Origin: an uncultured Deferribacteres bacterium
GTDB lineage: Bacteria; Zhuqueibacterota; Zhuqueibacteria; Zhuqueibacterales; Geothermadaptataceae
Reading direction: 5' to 3'
Assembly: GCA_964014485.1 (NCBI GenBank)
Contig: CAXHAT010000061.1
Location: forward strand, 1 to 39,258
DNA length: 39,258 nucleotides
A model generated the notes under the pieces. The model had not been told where the DNA came from. It saw nothing but the letters and a program-made list of their open reading frames with translations, and did no database searches. The position numbers were made by a program, and so were the translations under genes. This document shows, piece by piece, positions 9,191-18,813 of this stretch (within the stretch, counting starts at the first letter, position 1; the number at the start of each line of letters is the position of its first letter).

Positions 9191-9949
9191 CTATTGGGGT
9201 TCCGGAAAATGAAACGTCGTGCTGAACGAATTGAACTTTGCAACGCCGGATTGAAAATAATGCACGTTCTTTTTGAAGGCTTCGCTTTGCAAATATTTCT
9301 GATGCGCTTCTGGATTCGGCCATTCGGTGATGAGGATAATGTCAGGCGGCGGCGAAGGCTCGAGAAAGGAGTGGTAGGAAACGCCGGGCAATTGCAGGAA
9401 ATATTCGCCGCCGAGTTCAGAGACCGTTTGTTTCATGCTGTCGCGGTATTTCTTGAAATCGCCGGGATTGTTCTTGTTCAGCCACAAAAACGAGACGTTG
9501 TAGGTTCTGCCTTGTTCAAAAATCAACGTTATGTCTTGCTCCACGAGCGCTTGGCAGACGCGCAATTCGTCCCAGATTGAAGCGCGCATTTTCTGTAGTT
9601 GCGGCCATTCCGGATGGTTTTCGAATTTTTTATGCGCTTCCCGGTTTGGCCAAGAGAAAAAGCTCATGGCCGGGTAAGGCTTGTAGTCACCGGTGCGGAA
9701 TTTTTCAATGACAAAACTGCCTTCCTCTTTAAAGCCGAGACCGGCGGCAATCGGAAACATTTTTTGAAAATATTGTCCGCGCAATTGTTCGGCTTCCGGA
9801 CCGCTTTTGGTGATTGAAGTGATCAGGCTGATTAACTGGCCCTTTTTGAGATGCACTGTCGTGGTTTGCTGTGCGAGAAGAGGTGCAGCGTTCAGAGTAA
9901 ACAAAAGCGCTGCGACGAGTACGTTTAGACTGCGGGATCGGTTCTCCAT
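9191..9949 (-). CDS. Secreted protein with tandem DUF1330-like (dimeric alpha/beta barrel) domains
   Basis: Two repeats ending WPNREAHKKF and EWPNPEAHQKYLQSEAFK; AAGGAG RBS before ATG 9949. Confidence 0.65.
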   Translation of the reverse strand: MENRSRSLNVLVAALLFTLNAAPLLAQQTTTVHLKKGQLISLITSITKSGPEAEQLRGQYFQKMFPIAAGLGFKEEGSFVIEKFRTGDYKPYPAMSFFSWPNREAHKKFENHPEWPQLQKMRASIWDELRVCQALVEQDITLIFEQGRTYNVSFLWLNKNNPGDFKKYRDSMKQTVSELGGEYFLQLPGVSYHSFLEPSPPPDIILITEWPNPEAHQKYLQSEAFKKNVHYFQSGVAKFNSFSTTFHFPEPQ

Positions 9950-10037
9950 CAAAAGTCTCCTTCGGAAAATAAACAGGTCGAGTGAACTTGTGTGGAAGAA
10001 CAGACCTGGATTTGGGCGGGAAGTTTCCGCGGTTGAC

Positions 10038-10061
10038 GTCCGAAATCGTCCGTTCGGACAT
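10038..10061. promoter_or_regulatory. Palindromic operator candidate GTCCGAA-N8-TTCGGAC, second copy
   Basis: GTCCGAA-ATCGTCCG-TTCGGACAT between the AraC gene and its downstream gene, about 90 nt upstream of the 9949 start. Confidence 0.6.
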
Positions 10062-10086
10062 TGATTTGGAGAGTTGATCCGTAAAA

Positions 10087-11190
10087 TCAGTTTTGCTCGC
10101 CGTCCTTGTATTCCTTCGGCGTCATGTTGACGTATTTCTGAAACAGGTCGTGGTAGGTCGAGCGCGAGCGAAAGCCGGACTCTTCGGCGAGGCTTTGAAT
10201 AGTGAAATTGTTGTTATCCGGATCACGCAGTTTGGCCTTGAACGCTTCGATGCGCATTTCATTAATAAAATCGTGAAAATTTTTCTTTAAGCCTTGATTG
10301 AGGAGAAAAGATATTTGTTTGGTATTGATCCCCGCTCGCCCGGCAAGATCATCAAGTTTGAGCGCAGGCTGTTTGTACAATTCATCACGCTCGACGATTT
10401 TGACGAGCGCCTCCAGTTGCTTTCTTTCTTCCGGCGATAATGCGCGCGCCTGTTTTTCGGAAGTCGGCATGACTGGCGTCGGGCGGAATTCCCGCTTGAC
10501 ATAACCGGAATAGCCGATCCAATAAATCACGACGGACATGTAGAGATAAATCGGGTAGTAAGCCGAAGAGCCGTTGAAGGATTCGAAATAGCGGATTGAA
10601 ACATCCAGCGCATAGAACGCCGCCCAGAGCAGCCATCCGATGCAAAGAGCGACGGCGAGGTTGCGCAGCCAGGTTAGAGCTTCGGTCTTGTCGTCCGAGA
10701 AAAAATTGCGTCGCCAGATTTTATACTTTGCCAGCAGTTTGAGCGTAAGGGAGGTGTAAGCGCCGACCGAAATCAGGCTGAAGAATTCTTCCAGGGGTCT
10801 GTAATGATTATTGTGAAAAGCAAAAACCGCTTCAGACTGGACAGCGAAGCAGATCGCGTAGTAGAGAAAGTTCAGCAAAAACGGCGTGAAGTGGATGAGC
10901 AGCGCGGTTCGTTCGGTTTGCAATCCTATCAATGTTTTGGCATAAAAGTAAAAGGCCGGGCCGATCAGAAAGAAAAAAAACGGGTAGAAATGTAAGGCGG
11001 GGAGCCTTTCGAACAAGCCAAGATCGAAAAGCATCATTTTTAAGGTGTTCAAGGAAAAGGCCAGCAGCAAAAGCGAGAGCAAGCCGTTGGCCTTTGACCG
11101 CCGCGTGATGTTGATAAGCGCCGCCAACAGAATGCCTTGAAACGTGCCAAACAAGATGAGAAGATTGAAAAAATTAAATTTGAGGCTCAT
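10087..11190 (-). CDS. Membrane-anchored AraC-family transcriptional regulator
   Basis: Multiple N-terminal TM segments; C-terminal LYKQPALKLDDLA...NFHDFINEMRI...LAEESGFRSRSTY..FQKYVNMTPKEY. Confidence 0.92.
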   Translation of the reverse strand: MSLKFNFFNLLILFGTFQGILLAALINITRRSKANGLLSLLLLAFSLNTLKMMLFDLGLFERLPALHFYPFFFFLIGPAFYFYAKTLIGLQTERTALLIHFTPFLLNFLYYAICFAVQSEAVFAFHNNHYRPLEEFFSLISVGAYTSLTLKLLAKYKIWRRNFFSDDKTEALTWLRNLAVALCIGWLLWAAFYALDVSIRYFESFNGSSAYYPIYLYMSVVIYWIGYSGYVKREFRPTPVMPTSEKQARALSPEERKQLEALVKIVERDELYKQPALKLDDLAGRAGINTKQISFLLNQGLKKNFHDFINEMRIEAFKAKLRDPDNNNFTIQSLAEESGFRSRSTYHDLFQKYVNMTPKEYKDGEQN

Positions 11191-11366
11191 AGAAATGTTG
11201 CTTGTTCGTTAAAGGAAGTTCAATTGGGAAATAGCGGATTTGGTTATTTTCTATGACTTGCCCTGTCGTGATTGCGTTTTATTATTATTGCCCTTCGGCG
11301 CCTGTTTCAAAGTCAGGGGCAAGTTACGCAAACCTCTCGGCGTTGTTTGAAGTCGAGCGTAAATTA

Positions 11367-11541
11367 ACCCAAGTTGTGACCTAAAGTTAGAAAATGGAGT
11401 GCAAGGCTTGCCTTGCGATTCCGTCGTCGTTTTTTTGTTTAAAACATCCTGATTTTGCTGTGAATTTTTTGAAAAGGGGGTGGAAGGCAAAGCAAGCTTT
11501 GCACTCCTCGTCCCTTTTCAAACGAAAGTCACGACTTGGGT
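11367..11541. mobile_element. 175-bp MITE with ACCC-type (IS982-like) TIRs and 7-bp target-site duplication, carrying a REP doublet
   Basis: TIR ACCCAAGTTGTGAC (11367-11380) vs GTCACGACTTGGGT (11528-11541), 13/14; TAAATTA at 11360-11366 and 11542-11548; inner IR GGAGTGCAAGGCTTGCCTTGC (11396-11416) / 11487-11507. Confidence 0.8.
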
Positions 11542-11638
11542 TAAATTAGAAAACGGGACATTGAAGTTTCGTCATCACAAAGTCCTGGCAAAGAAAGAAA
11601 TCACGGAAAATTAGCCTGGAATCAAAGGAGGAGATGAC

Positions 11639-12055
11639 ATGCCGGAAAACATTCAATCGAAGGCAAGGCTTGGCTCGTTTGAAGATTTAATGAATGAAAT
11701 CGATGCTGATGCGGCTCCTGTTGTCGAACAGATTTCGCGACGGCTGAGGGAAGTCGTCTTGGCGGGCTTTCCCGAAGCGGTTGAAGTTGTGCGGCTTGGC
11801 GAAGGCGCTGCGTCTTATGGCATTGGCGAAAAAAAGATGAGCGAGGCGCACGTTTACATTTTGCCCTACAAGAAACATGTCAATCTTGGATTTTTTCACG
11901 GCGCCAATCTCGTCGACCCCGCAGGATTGCTCGAAGGAACTGGGAAAAAACTTCGGCACATCAAAATCCGCTCTCTTGAAGCGGCGGAAAATCCGGCTGT
12001 GAGTGATTTGATCGCCGCAGCACTGGCGGAACGGCGGACGGTTTTGGGGAAGTGA
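11639..12055 (+). CDS. DUF1801 (YdhG-like) protein
   Basis: HVNLGFFHGANLVDPAGLLEGTGKKLRHIKI motif; AAGGAGG RBS. Confidence 0.88.
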   Translation: MPENIQSKARLGSFEDLMNEIDADAAPVVEQISRRLREVVLAGFPEAVEVVRLGEGAASYGIGEKKMSEAHVYILPYKKHVNLGFFHGANLVDPAGLLEGTGKKLRHIKIRSLEAAENPAVSDLIAAALAERRTVLGK

Positions 12056-12122
12056 GTCAAAATGCACCAAAACGGTCGTCTGCCAATTCACAAATCATTA
12101 TTGCGATTGAGCTTATCCTGCA

Positions 12123-12719
12123 TTACGCCGCCTGCTCTAACTCCGCCCGAAAGAGAACGCCTTTCCCGCGGCGAAACGTATGTCCGGGAAGCGTAAAATC
12201 TTGGCTGAATTCAACGAACCCAAACGCTTTATGAAGTGCAATCGACCCTTTGTTGCGAACGTTTGTGTAATAGTAGACGGCGTCCGCCCTTTTGGCAATC
12301 CATGCAAGTCGCGCTTCACACAATCGGCGGCCAATTCCAAGCCGACGGTATTCCGGCGCTACAATCGATCCGGTCAAATACCACGCTTGCGGCATGCCGA
12401 CGCAACCGTCTATTTCTTTCGTTTTGAGAATCTCACACTTGCCATATCCCACGACTTTCCCGCCAGACGTTGCCGCAAATATTTGAAGTTCGGCGGGTTC
12501 GCGCTGACTGATAATCAGCTTTTGTTGAAGCTGAGGCAGTATTTCAGAAACCTGCCGGTCGCGTTGTACGGAAATGAGTTTTGCGATCCCGCCCAATTCG
12601 TCACTGGTTGCCTCCTCGATGACAATGGACTCGTTAGTCGGACGTGCCACGGCTACTTCATGAGACGTGATGAAATTCTCGTTCAGGGTCTTTTCGGAGC
12701 TTTCAATTTTTTCCAGCAA
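12123..12719 (-). CDS. GNAT family N-acetyltransferase
   Basis: IVAPEYRRLGIGRRL acetyl-CoA motif, NKGSIALHKAFGF; TTG start with GAGGA RBS. Confidence 0.88.
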   Translation of the reverse strand: MLEKIESSEKTLNENFITSHEVAVARPTNESIVIEEATSDELGGIAKLISVQRDRQVSEILPQLQQKLIISQREPAELQIFAATSGGKVVGYGKCEILKTKEIDGCVGMPQAWYLTGSIVAPEYRRLGIGRRLCEARLAWIAKRADAVYYYTNVRNKGSIALHKAFGFVEFSQDFTLPGHTFRRGKGVLFRAELEQAA

Positions 12720-12747
12720 GCAATTCCTCGCGCGATGATGTACTCAA

Positions 12748-12986
12748 TTTGTAAAGTCATTTGCTGTCGTATTCTACAAAAGCATTCGAGCACAAGCTTT
12801 TTGGCAAAACTTTTCAAAACGCAGAGACGGAAAGGACGCTGAGAAGTGCAGAGAAATCCTGGTTTTGAATTCAATGTTGCAGAAAGCTCAAGTACAAGAA
12901 CCCAAAAACATGTCTCTAAATTGTTGTTTTCAAAAAACTCCGCGAAACTCTCCGATCTTTGCGTCTCTGCGTTAAGCTACAAAGTT
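12748..12986. repeat. About 235-bp dispersed repeat, copy 2 (inverted relative to 8215-8444)
   Basis: Same evidence as copy 1; ends conserved, centre divergent. Confidence 0.85.
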
Positions 12987-13094
12987 GGGTCAACCGATTG
13001 TTCTAATCACATCTCCGGCTTACAACATAATGATTTGTTTCGAAAGACTTAGTTCCTGCTCCATCCTGCAATCTCGTCTAAAAAACCTCCTTTC

Positions 13095-14771
13095 TTAAAA
13101 CCCCTTCGCCTTCCCTTTCCCGCGCGGATCAGCGCCGCCGGTAAATCGAATTGGTTTTCCGTTTCCATCATATTCAATCGCCAAACCATGCGCGTTCCCC
13201 AAGCCTCTGACGGTGCGGATTTTATGCCCCATCGCTTCCAGTTCGCCTCGAATCGCTTCGAAAATCTTCTCTTCCACTGCGATTTGATCAGGCTCAATAA
13301 AACTGATGCGCGGCGCAGCGATGGCTTGCTGAATATCCATTTCAAAGTCGATAAGATTCATCACCATTTGCGGCACGGTCTGACCGATGGTGTGGCCGCC
13401 GGGCGTGCCAATCGCAACCCAGGGCTTGCCGTCGCGGAGAATGATGGTCGGGCAGTCGCCGGAAAGCTTGCGGCGACCGGCGTGAGCATCCATCGGATTG
13501 CCTTTTGGTTCATATGTGCAATAAGCCAGCGAATTATTGAGCCAAATTCCCGTGCCTTCCGGCATGATACGGCTGCCGAATGAATTGCCCAAAGTCTGCG
13601 TTGCGGAAACAATATTGCCCCACTGATCGGCAGCGACAAAATGCGTCGTATGCTGCATTTCGGCGTTGGAGAACTGCGTCGGCGGCACGAACGGCTTGGC
13701 TTGCTCGGCATTAATTTGCTCAGTCTTTTCTTGCCAATATTCTTCGGAAAGCAGCATGTCCAGCGGCGGCGGATTGAAATCCGGATCGCCTGCATAGCGC
13801 AAACGGCTCCAGAAAGCGTGCTTGGTGACTTCGGCAAAATGATGCAGGTAGGCGGTTGAGTTGTGGCCGAAAGATTGAACGTCGAAGCGGCTCATCAAGC
13901 CCAGCCGAACCAACGACGGAAATGCTGTGGACGGCGGAGACGCTGTGATCACCTCGCAGCCGCGATAATCGATGCTGATCGGCTGCCACCACTCGCCCTT
14001 GCTGTCTTGCAAATCCTGCAAGGCCAGAAAACCCTCGGCTTCCCGCATGGCCGCATCGATTTTCTGCGCCAATTCGCCGGTTTGGATAACCGATGCACCT
14101 TCTTCAGCAATGAGGCGAAAAGAAGCCGCCAGGTCTTTTTGCACCAGCAGATCGCCCGCTTCTAACGGTTCGCCGTCTCTGCCGTAAAACGTCTTCGCGT
14201 GCTCGGGAAATTCGGGGAAGGCGCGCTCAATGAGAAAGGCGTTGCGTTCGTCCAGTTCAAATCCATTCTCAGCCAATTCAATCGCACTGCCAAACAGTTT
14301 TTCCCAAGGCAGTGACCCAAAACGCTCGGACATTGCATCCCAGGCTGGCACGTTGCCCGGGGTAGAAACCGCCTTTGCGCCGCGACGATTTTCTTCATAA
14401 TTTGGCGTTGGTTCGCGCATCAAATCGGAGTTGGTCGCCTGCGGGATTTTGGCGCTGCTGTTGAGAAAACGTGTTTCTCCGGCTTCGGCGTCGTAGACCA
14501 AAATCGTCCCATAGCCGCCAACGCCCGACATCATCGGCTCGACGACATTGAGCGCCGCCGCAATCGCAATCGCCGCATCGAAGGCGTTGCCGCCCTGTCG
14601 GAGAATCTCCAGCCCGGCTTCCGTCGCCAGCGGATGCGCCGAGCTGACCATGCCTTTCGCGCCGACCGCTGGTGCTAACTGCGCATCGGATGATTCAGGA
14701 TTTGATTGCTGCTGGCAGGCGGTCAGCCAGAAACATAAAAGAGGAATGATTGCGGTGAGTTTGCGAGTCAT
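13095..14771 (-). CDS. ggt: Gamma-glutamyltransferase family lipoprotein
   Basis: GGNAFDAAIA, VVEPMMSGVGG, autocatalytic HTTHF, NSFGS, GTPGG, GGADPR; lipobox LTAC after MTRK start. Confidence 0.93.
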   Translation of the reverse strand: MTRKLTAIIPLLCFWLTACQQQSNPESSDAQLAPAVGAKGMVSSAHPLATEAGLEILRQGGNAFDAAIAIAAALNVVEPMMSGVGGYGTILVYDAEAGETRFLNSSAKIPQATNSDLMREPTPNYEENRRGAKAVSTPGNVPAWDAMSERFGSLPWEKLFGSAIELAENGFELDERNAFLIERAFPEFPEHAKTFYGRDGEPLEAGDLLVQKDLAASFRLIAEEGASVIQTGELAQKIDAAMREAEGFLALQDLQDSKGEWWQPISIDYRGCEVITASPPSTAFPSLVRLGLMSRFDVQSFGHNSTAYLHHFAEVTKHAFWSRLRYAGDPDFNPPPLDMLLSEEYWQEKTEQINAEQAKPFVPPTQFSNAEMQHTTHFVAADQWGNIVSATQTLGNSFGSRIMPEGTGIWLNNSLAYCTYEPKGNPMDAHAGRRKLSGDCPTIILRDGKPWVAIGTPGGHTIGQTVPQMVMNLIDFEMDIQQAIAAPRISFIEPDQIAVEEKIFEAIRGELEAMGHKIRTVRGLGNAHGLAIEYDGNGKPIRFTGGADPRGKGKAKGF

Positions 14772-14879
14772 TTTTTCCTTGGTCAATAATTTGATGCTGC
14801 ACGCTAATTTCTATGTTAGCCGCGTAATATCAGTTAATGAAATTTTACTCGGCAGTCCCGCGGTGCAACCGGTTTGTAA

Positions 14880-15013
14880 TACCATTTTCCTCGATTGCAC
14901 GTTCATTCCCTAACTGTCATTCTGAAAGAATCTTTGTTGTCCTACGCTCGCGATAACAAAGATTCTTTCAGAATGACAAGGCGGGAAAGGCTAAAAAATC
15001 AAGGAAATCGGTA
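14880..15013. mobile_element. 134-bp MITE-like element enclosing a perfect 24-bp palindrome
   Basis: Ends TACCATTTTCCTCGATT / AATCAAGGAAATCGGTA flanked by TAA on both sides; inner TGTCATTCTGAAAGAATCTTTGTT (14915-14938) and its exact reverse complement (14955-14978). Confidence 0.7.
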
Positions 15014-15079
15014 TAAGAGTAAGAGAAGGCGCGATATGATGAAGCCATTCTGAAGCTGATCGATGCTTTGTGATTCATT

Positions 15080-16018
15080 TTACTCTGCGGTAACCCAGTA
15101 TGCATCCACCATAAAATTACGCCCGCCATAACCGTCTCTCATATCGATGAGACGGGGAGAAATAAAATTCACGTGCGGCTTTGTATCCAGATTGCATCGC
15201 TCCAATCGTTGCAGAACGCCGTCTTTGACCTGCACGTTGAACGATTTTACGATTTCATCCTTTGCCTTGACGATCACTTTGTAGTCGCCGTCATTTTCAC
15301 AAAGCATCGATTTTGTAAAACTCGTTTCTCCAGCGCTTGTTTTTTGCTTGAAGGGCACGCGCAGGAATCGCCACTTACTTCCGCTGACCGATATCGACCT
15401 GCTGCTCAGCGCAACCTCCTTTCCATCGCGCATAATATAGACCGTGCAGCTTGCAGCATTGACGCCGTCAGGCAGTTCGCGATTGCAGCTCCACCAGTAA
15501 AAAAGCAGCGGTGAATCAGGCTTGTCGATATTGTCGCCCAGGAACCCCAGCGTATTCCAGGGGCCTTCGCGGGTGAAGTTTTTCCGAGGATTAAAAGGAT
15601 CTCCGCTGCTTTCAACTTTCATGCTGAAAGGCAGTGAAGTGACGGTTTTGCCGCCAACTTTGATGGACATGACGTATTCTCCCGGCTCTTCCACCCGAAC
15701 GCTCCCGGGATGACCGCTGGGTGCCCGCAACCCGGCAAAAGCGGGATATCCGTCCCATCGTTCTAACCGCATCGGAAGAATGACCACTGGACTACCGCCG
15801 GGCTTGGTGATCACAAACTCCACGGGCTGATCGTCAGCAGGAGGAAAGACAAGCTGAAGCTTATCAACCATGAACCCGCCGTTTTGATTGTAAAATCCTA
15901 TGCCCAACAGCGAAGCGTACTCAGCGGCAGGGGCGTAGTTTTGAGCCATAACTCCCTGGACGGAAATAAGCATCCATCCCAAGATCAACTTCACTTTCCA
16001 TTTTTTGAATTGTCTCAT
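15080..16018 (-). CDS. Secreted hypothetical protein (beta-rich, no recognisable family)
   Basis: 312-aa ORF, signal peptide-like N-terminus ending VMA-Q, GAGG RBS. Confidence 0.75.
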   Translation of the reverse strand: MRQFKKWKVKLILGWMLISVQGVMAQNYAPAAEYASLLGIGFYNQNGGFMVDKLQLVFPPADDQPVEFVITKPGGSPVVILPMRLERWDGYPAFAGLRAPSGHPGSVRVEEPGEYVMSIKVGGKTVTSLPFSMKVESSGDPFNPRKNFTREGPWNTLGFLGDNIDKPDSPLLFYWWSCNRELPDGVNAASCTVYIMRDGKEVALSSRSISVSGSKWRFLRVPFKQKTSAGETSFTKSMLCENDGDYKVIVKAKDEIVKSFNVQVKDGVLQRLERCNLDTKPHVNFISPRLIDMRDGYGGRNFMVDAYWVTAE

Positions 16019-16344
16019 GGATTAATTTCCTCAGACGCGTATTGATTTGATTCCCGAATCGTGGCAATATTTGTTTTGGAGATTAATTGTATGATGCTGC
16101 CGGAGCGGCGGAATGTCAATCGAAAATGATCAAGCAGTTTTCGCAGATCTCAAAAAACGATCAGGCTGTCGCGCTTGTGAAGTCATTTTTGCCTTTTCAG
16201 TAACGCTTTGAAGAAGGAGAGCGGCAAGGCGGGGCTTTGTGGTTCGAAGAATTCCCGGAGAAGACACGATTTCTTTAGAAAGCAAGCCCGTTTGCACAAT
16301 TGGAATCGATGGTATTTCACAAATCGGCGTAACTCTATGAGTTT

Positions 16345-18699
16345 TCAGTACCTCCTCTCATAAATTTCATCCAACGTCAAGCCCTTTAAATGCTCCACGA
16401 ATTCCGCCAGGTTTTTGATCGACACTGCCCACATTTGTCTACCCTTTTCGGCGGAAGCTTTGGTAGGGTCTCCCATCACGCCGCTATTCGAGATTTTTGC
16501 TGTTCGCGCATACCAGTCGACGCTGCGCTTTGAGCTGAAGTTCAAATAACGGTTTGAATAATGCGGCACGAGCTTTTTGGCTTTCTCCATGCGCACCAGG
16601 CCTGGCCTGATCGCCAGGGATGTGCTTGTTTCGATCTCGCCGGCATGTACGTCACTCGCTGTCTCAGCCATCGCTTCGATATCCGCATCGCTCGTCTCGC
16701 CAGAGTCCACACAGGTGAAAATATGCGCGTCGCGGTTGATCATCTGGGCCGCAAACTGTAAGGTCGCTGCATTGCCGCCATGCCCGTTGATGATAACGAG
16801 TTTTGTTATACCGTTGCGTGCAGCGCTCATACCGACCTCATAAACAATACGCGCCATTGTCTCGTTTGTGACGCTAATCGTGCCGGGAAAATCGTCGTGA
16901 TGATACGAAACGCCATACGGAATTAACGGCAAAACCAGCGGCTTTGGGTTACTGCAAGCTAACGCAACCTGCTTCGCCAGAAAGTCCGCATCAAAAGCAT
17001 CCGTATCCAACGGGAGATGCGGTCCGTGCTGTTCGATTGCGCCGACCGGCAACAGAGCTATATCGACTTCTTTGAATCGCTCCTTCGCCTGCGGCCATGT
17101 CAATTCGCCAAGCAGGTAATTATTCCTTTTGCCATCGCGGCCGGATTCTCCCGCAGAAAATTCGAGTTGGGTTTCATCTCCGGAAACAAGCTGTTCAGGC
17201 CGGTATAAAATGGGGTCACCGATGATCTCGAAATCGACCCACTTGCGTCCGATCCGTTTGACGGCGCCGTCAGCGTTAGCGTAAAGCTTCCAATACAGTT
17301 TTTGCCGCAAATCCATCGGGATGATTTCGACTGGCGACTTGTCCGGATCGATACGCAACTTCATGATTTCGGGACGCGCTTTCGGTTTCTTCGATGGCGC
17401 AGCTATCTTGCCCTTTTCTTGAAGCAGATAAAACAAATGCTCACTGCCGGCATGCTCCTGGTGAACGCTCTTTTGGGCCAGATCGACCATGCATCTCTGA
17501 ATTTGTTGCTCGGAATAGCCGCAATTTTTCGGATCAGCATCGAGTGCGACCAGCATACCAACGATGCGGCGGCATTTCTCACAGCGCCCGCAGGGATGCA
17601 CGTGCTCGTTTTCTTTGTGCCCCGAGTGGCAGGAAATCTGGTGTTGTTGCAAATCCGGATAGCGCTCAACAAGCATTTTCTCGATCAGCAATTCTGAAAG
17701 CGGACGCAGCAGTGAGAATTGTATGACGCCCCACTCCTTTTCATTATAATACCGCGTCAACGCGCTGTCGAAGTATCGGCTCTGATCGAACAGCCCGTTG
17801 TAATGCGTGATGCCGTGAAAAGACATCCGTACGGTCGTATCGAATTCATCGCCGATCACGATTCGTCCGATGCCGCGTTTGCGCACCAACGGCAAAACTC
17901 CGAAAAGAAAAACGCCGACAGTCCACAAGCGGATGGGATATTCATCCGCGCGAATGTCGGCAAAGTCCGGGCGTACAAACGGCAAGTGCCGCAGCATCCA
18001 TGAGAATACGCGATCGGAGTTCGTCCAAACACGGCTTGTATTTGGTTCGTTTGCGGCAAAATAACGGTATGCGTTTAGCGCCGTAAACCAGTGCCTGCCC
18101 GACTCATTGACGAAAATCGCGTGTGTTTCGCACTTCAGCTCTTTGAGCAAGCCATAGCTCAAAAGGCTGTCCTTGCCGCCGCTGGAGAGTACAACATAAC
18201 GGTTGTCCTCGGTATACCAACCATAGAATGGTGCGGCGCTTTTTTCATCAGCGCTGCCGGTTTCGAATACCAATTTTGCGCGCAGATAATTTTTCTTTTT
18301 AACGGTGGGTAACGAGCGCGCGTCGCCGATAAGGTATGGATTCTCGTGCAAGAACTTGATAACATAGATTTCTCGCGCGGTATTTCTCGCCATTGCTTCG
18401 AGAAAGCGCTGGTCACTGCGGTCGAAAGCGCCTTTAAAAACGATTTCATCGCAGAACAGGCCGTAGTTCAGCGCCACCTGTGCGGCCATCATGCTGGCGA
18501 GATTTTGCGACGCCCAATCAGACGAGTCGAAAACGTCCTCTTCAAATTTGTAAACGAATTCAGTCGTCTCTTTCGCATCACCATTCACAACAGTGTATGG
18601 CGCCAAAACACGTCTTTTTTCGACGACAACCGGGCCAACTTCCAGCCGGTCGAATACGCGGAGAATGCGCAGGGGGTCTTGTTCTAATTTTGTTTTCAT
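16345..18699 (-). CDS. Fusion protein: N-terminal PP-loop adenylating domain (MurL/QueC-like) plus C-terminal creatininase-family amidohydrolase
   Basis: SSGGKDS PP-loop, FSLLRPLSEL, SCHS...HPCGRCEKC; C-terminal LPVGAIEQHGPHLPLDTD, GVSYHH, INGHGGN, HAGEIETS, GVMGDP. Confidence 0.85.
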   Translation of the reverse strand: MKTKLEQDPLRILRVFDRLEVGPVVVEKRRVLAPYTVVNGDAKETTEFVYKFEEDVFDSSDWASQNLASMMAAQVALNYGLFCDEIVFKGAFDRSDQRFLEAMARNTAREIYVIKFLHENPYLIGDARSLPTVKKKNYLRAKLVFETGSADEKSAAPFYGWYTEDNRYVVLSSGGKDSLLSYGLLKELKCETHAIFVNESGRHWFTALNAYRYFAANEPNTSRVWTNSDRVFSWMLRHLPFVRPDFADIRADEYPIRLWTVGVFLFGVLPLVRKRGIGRIVIGDEFDTTVRMSFHGITHYNGLFDQSRYFDSALTRYYNEKEWGVIQFSLLRPLSELLIEKMLVERYPDLQQHQISCHSGHKENEHVHPCGRCEKCRRIVGMLVALDADPKNCGYSEQQIQRCMVDLAQKSVHQEHAGSEHLFYLLQEKGKIAAPSKKPKARPEIMKLRIDPDKSPVEIIPMDLRQKLYWKLYANADGAVKRIGRKWVDFEIIGDPILYRPEQLVSGDETQLEFSAGESGRDGKRNNYLLGELTWPQAKERFKEVDIALLPVGAIEQHGPHLPLDTDAFDADFLAKQVALACSNPKPLVLPLIPYGVSYHHDDFPGTISVTNETMARIVYEVGMSAARNGITKLVIINGHGGNAATLQFAAQMINRDAHIFTCVDSGETSDADIEAMAETASDVHAGEIETSTSLAIRPGLVRMEKAKKLVPHYSNRYLNFSSKRSVDWYARTAKISNSGVMGDPTKASAEKGRQMWAVSIKNLAEFVEHLKGLTLDEIYERRY

Positions 18700-18813
18700 T
18701 ATTTTTCTCGTTGAGGATTCTCATTTACACCGTGTTTTAGTTCGGCGACGATAGTGCTAAAATGCCCGCTCCTCTCCCAGGATCACTCTCGATAGAGCGA
18801 GGTGTTATTGGAA

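Noticed and set aside
18735..18762. CIRCE-like half site (TTAGCACT on the minus strand) upstream of the fusion gene
   Set aside because: The second half GAGTGCTAA at 9-bp spacing is absent, and the site is far from groES.
18700..18813. SAM-I riboswitch-like start (CTCTATCGAGAG) in the DUF1611-fusion spacer
   Set aside because: Lacks the GGCCC, GCAACC and GGTGC core elements, and sits inside an operon.
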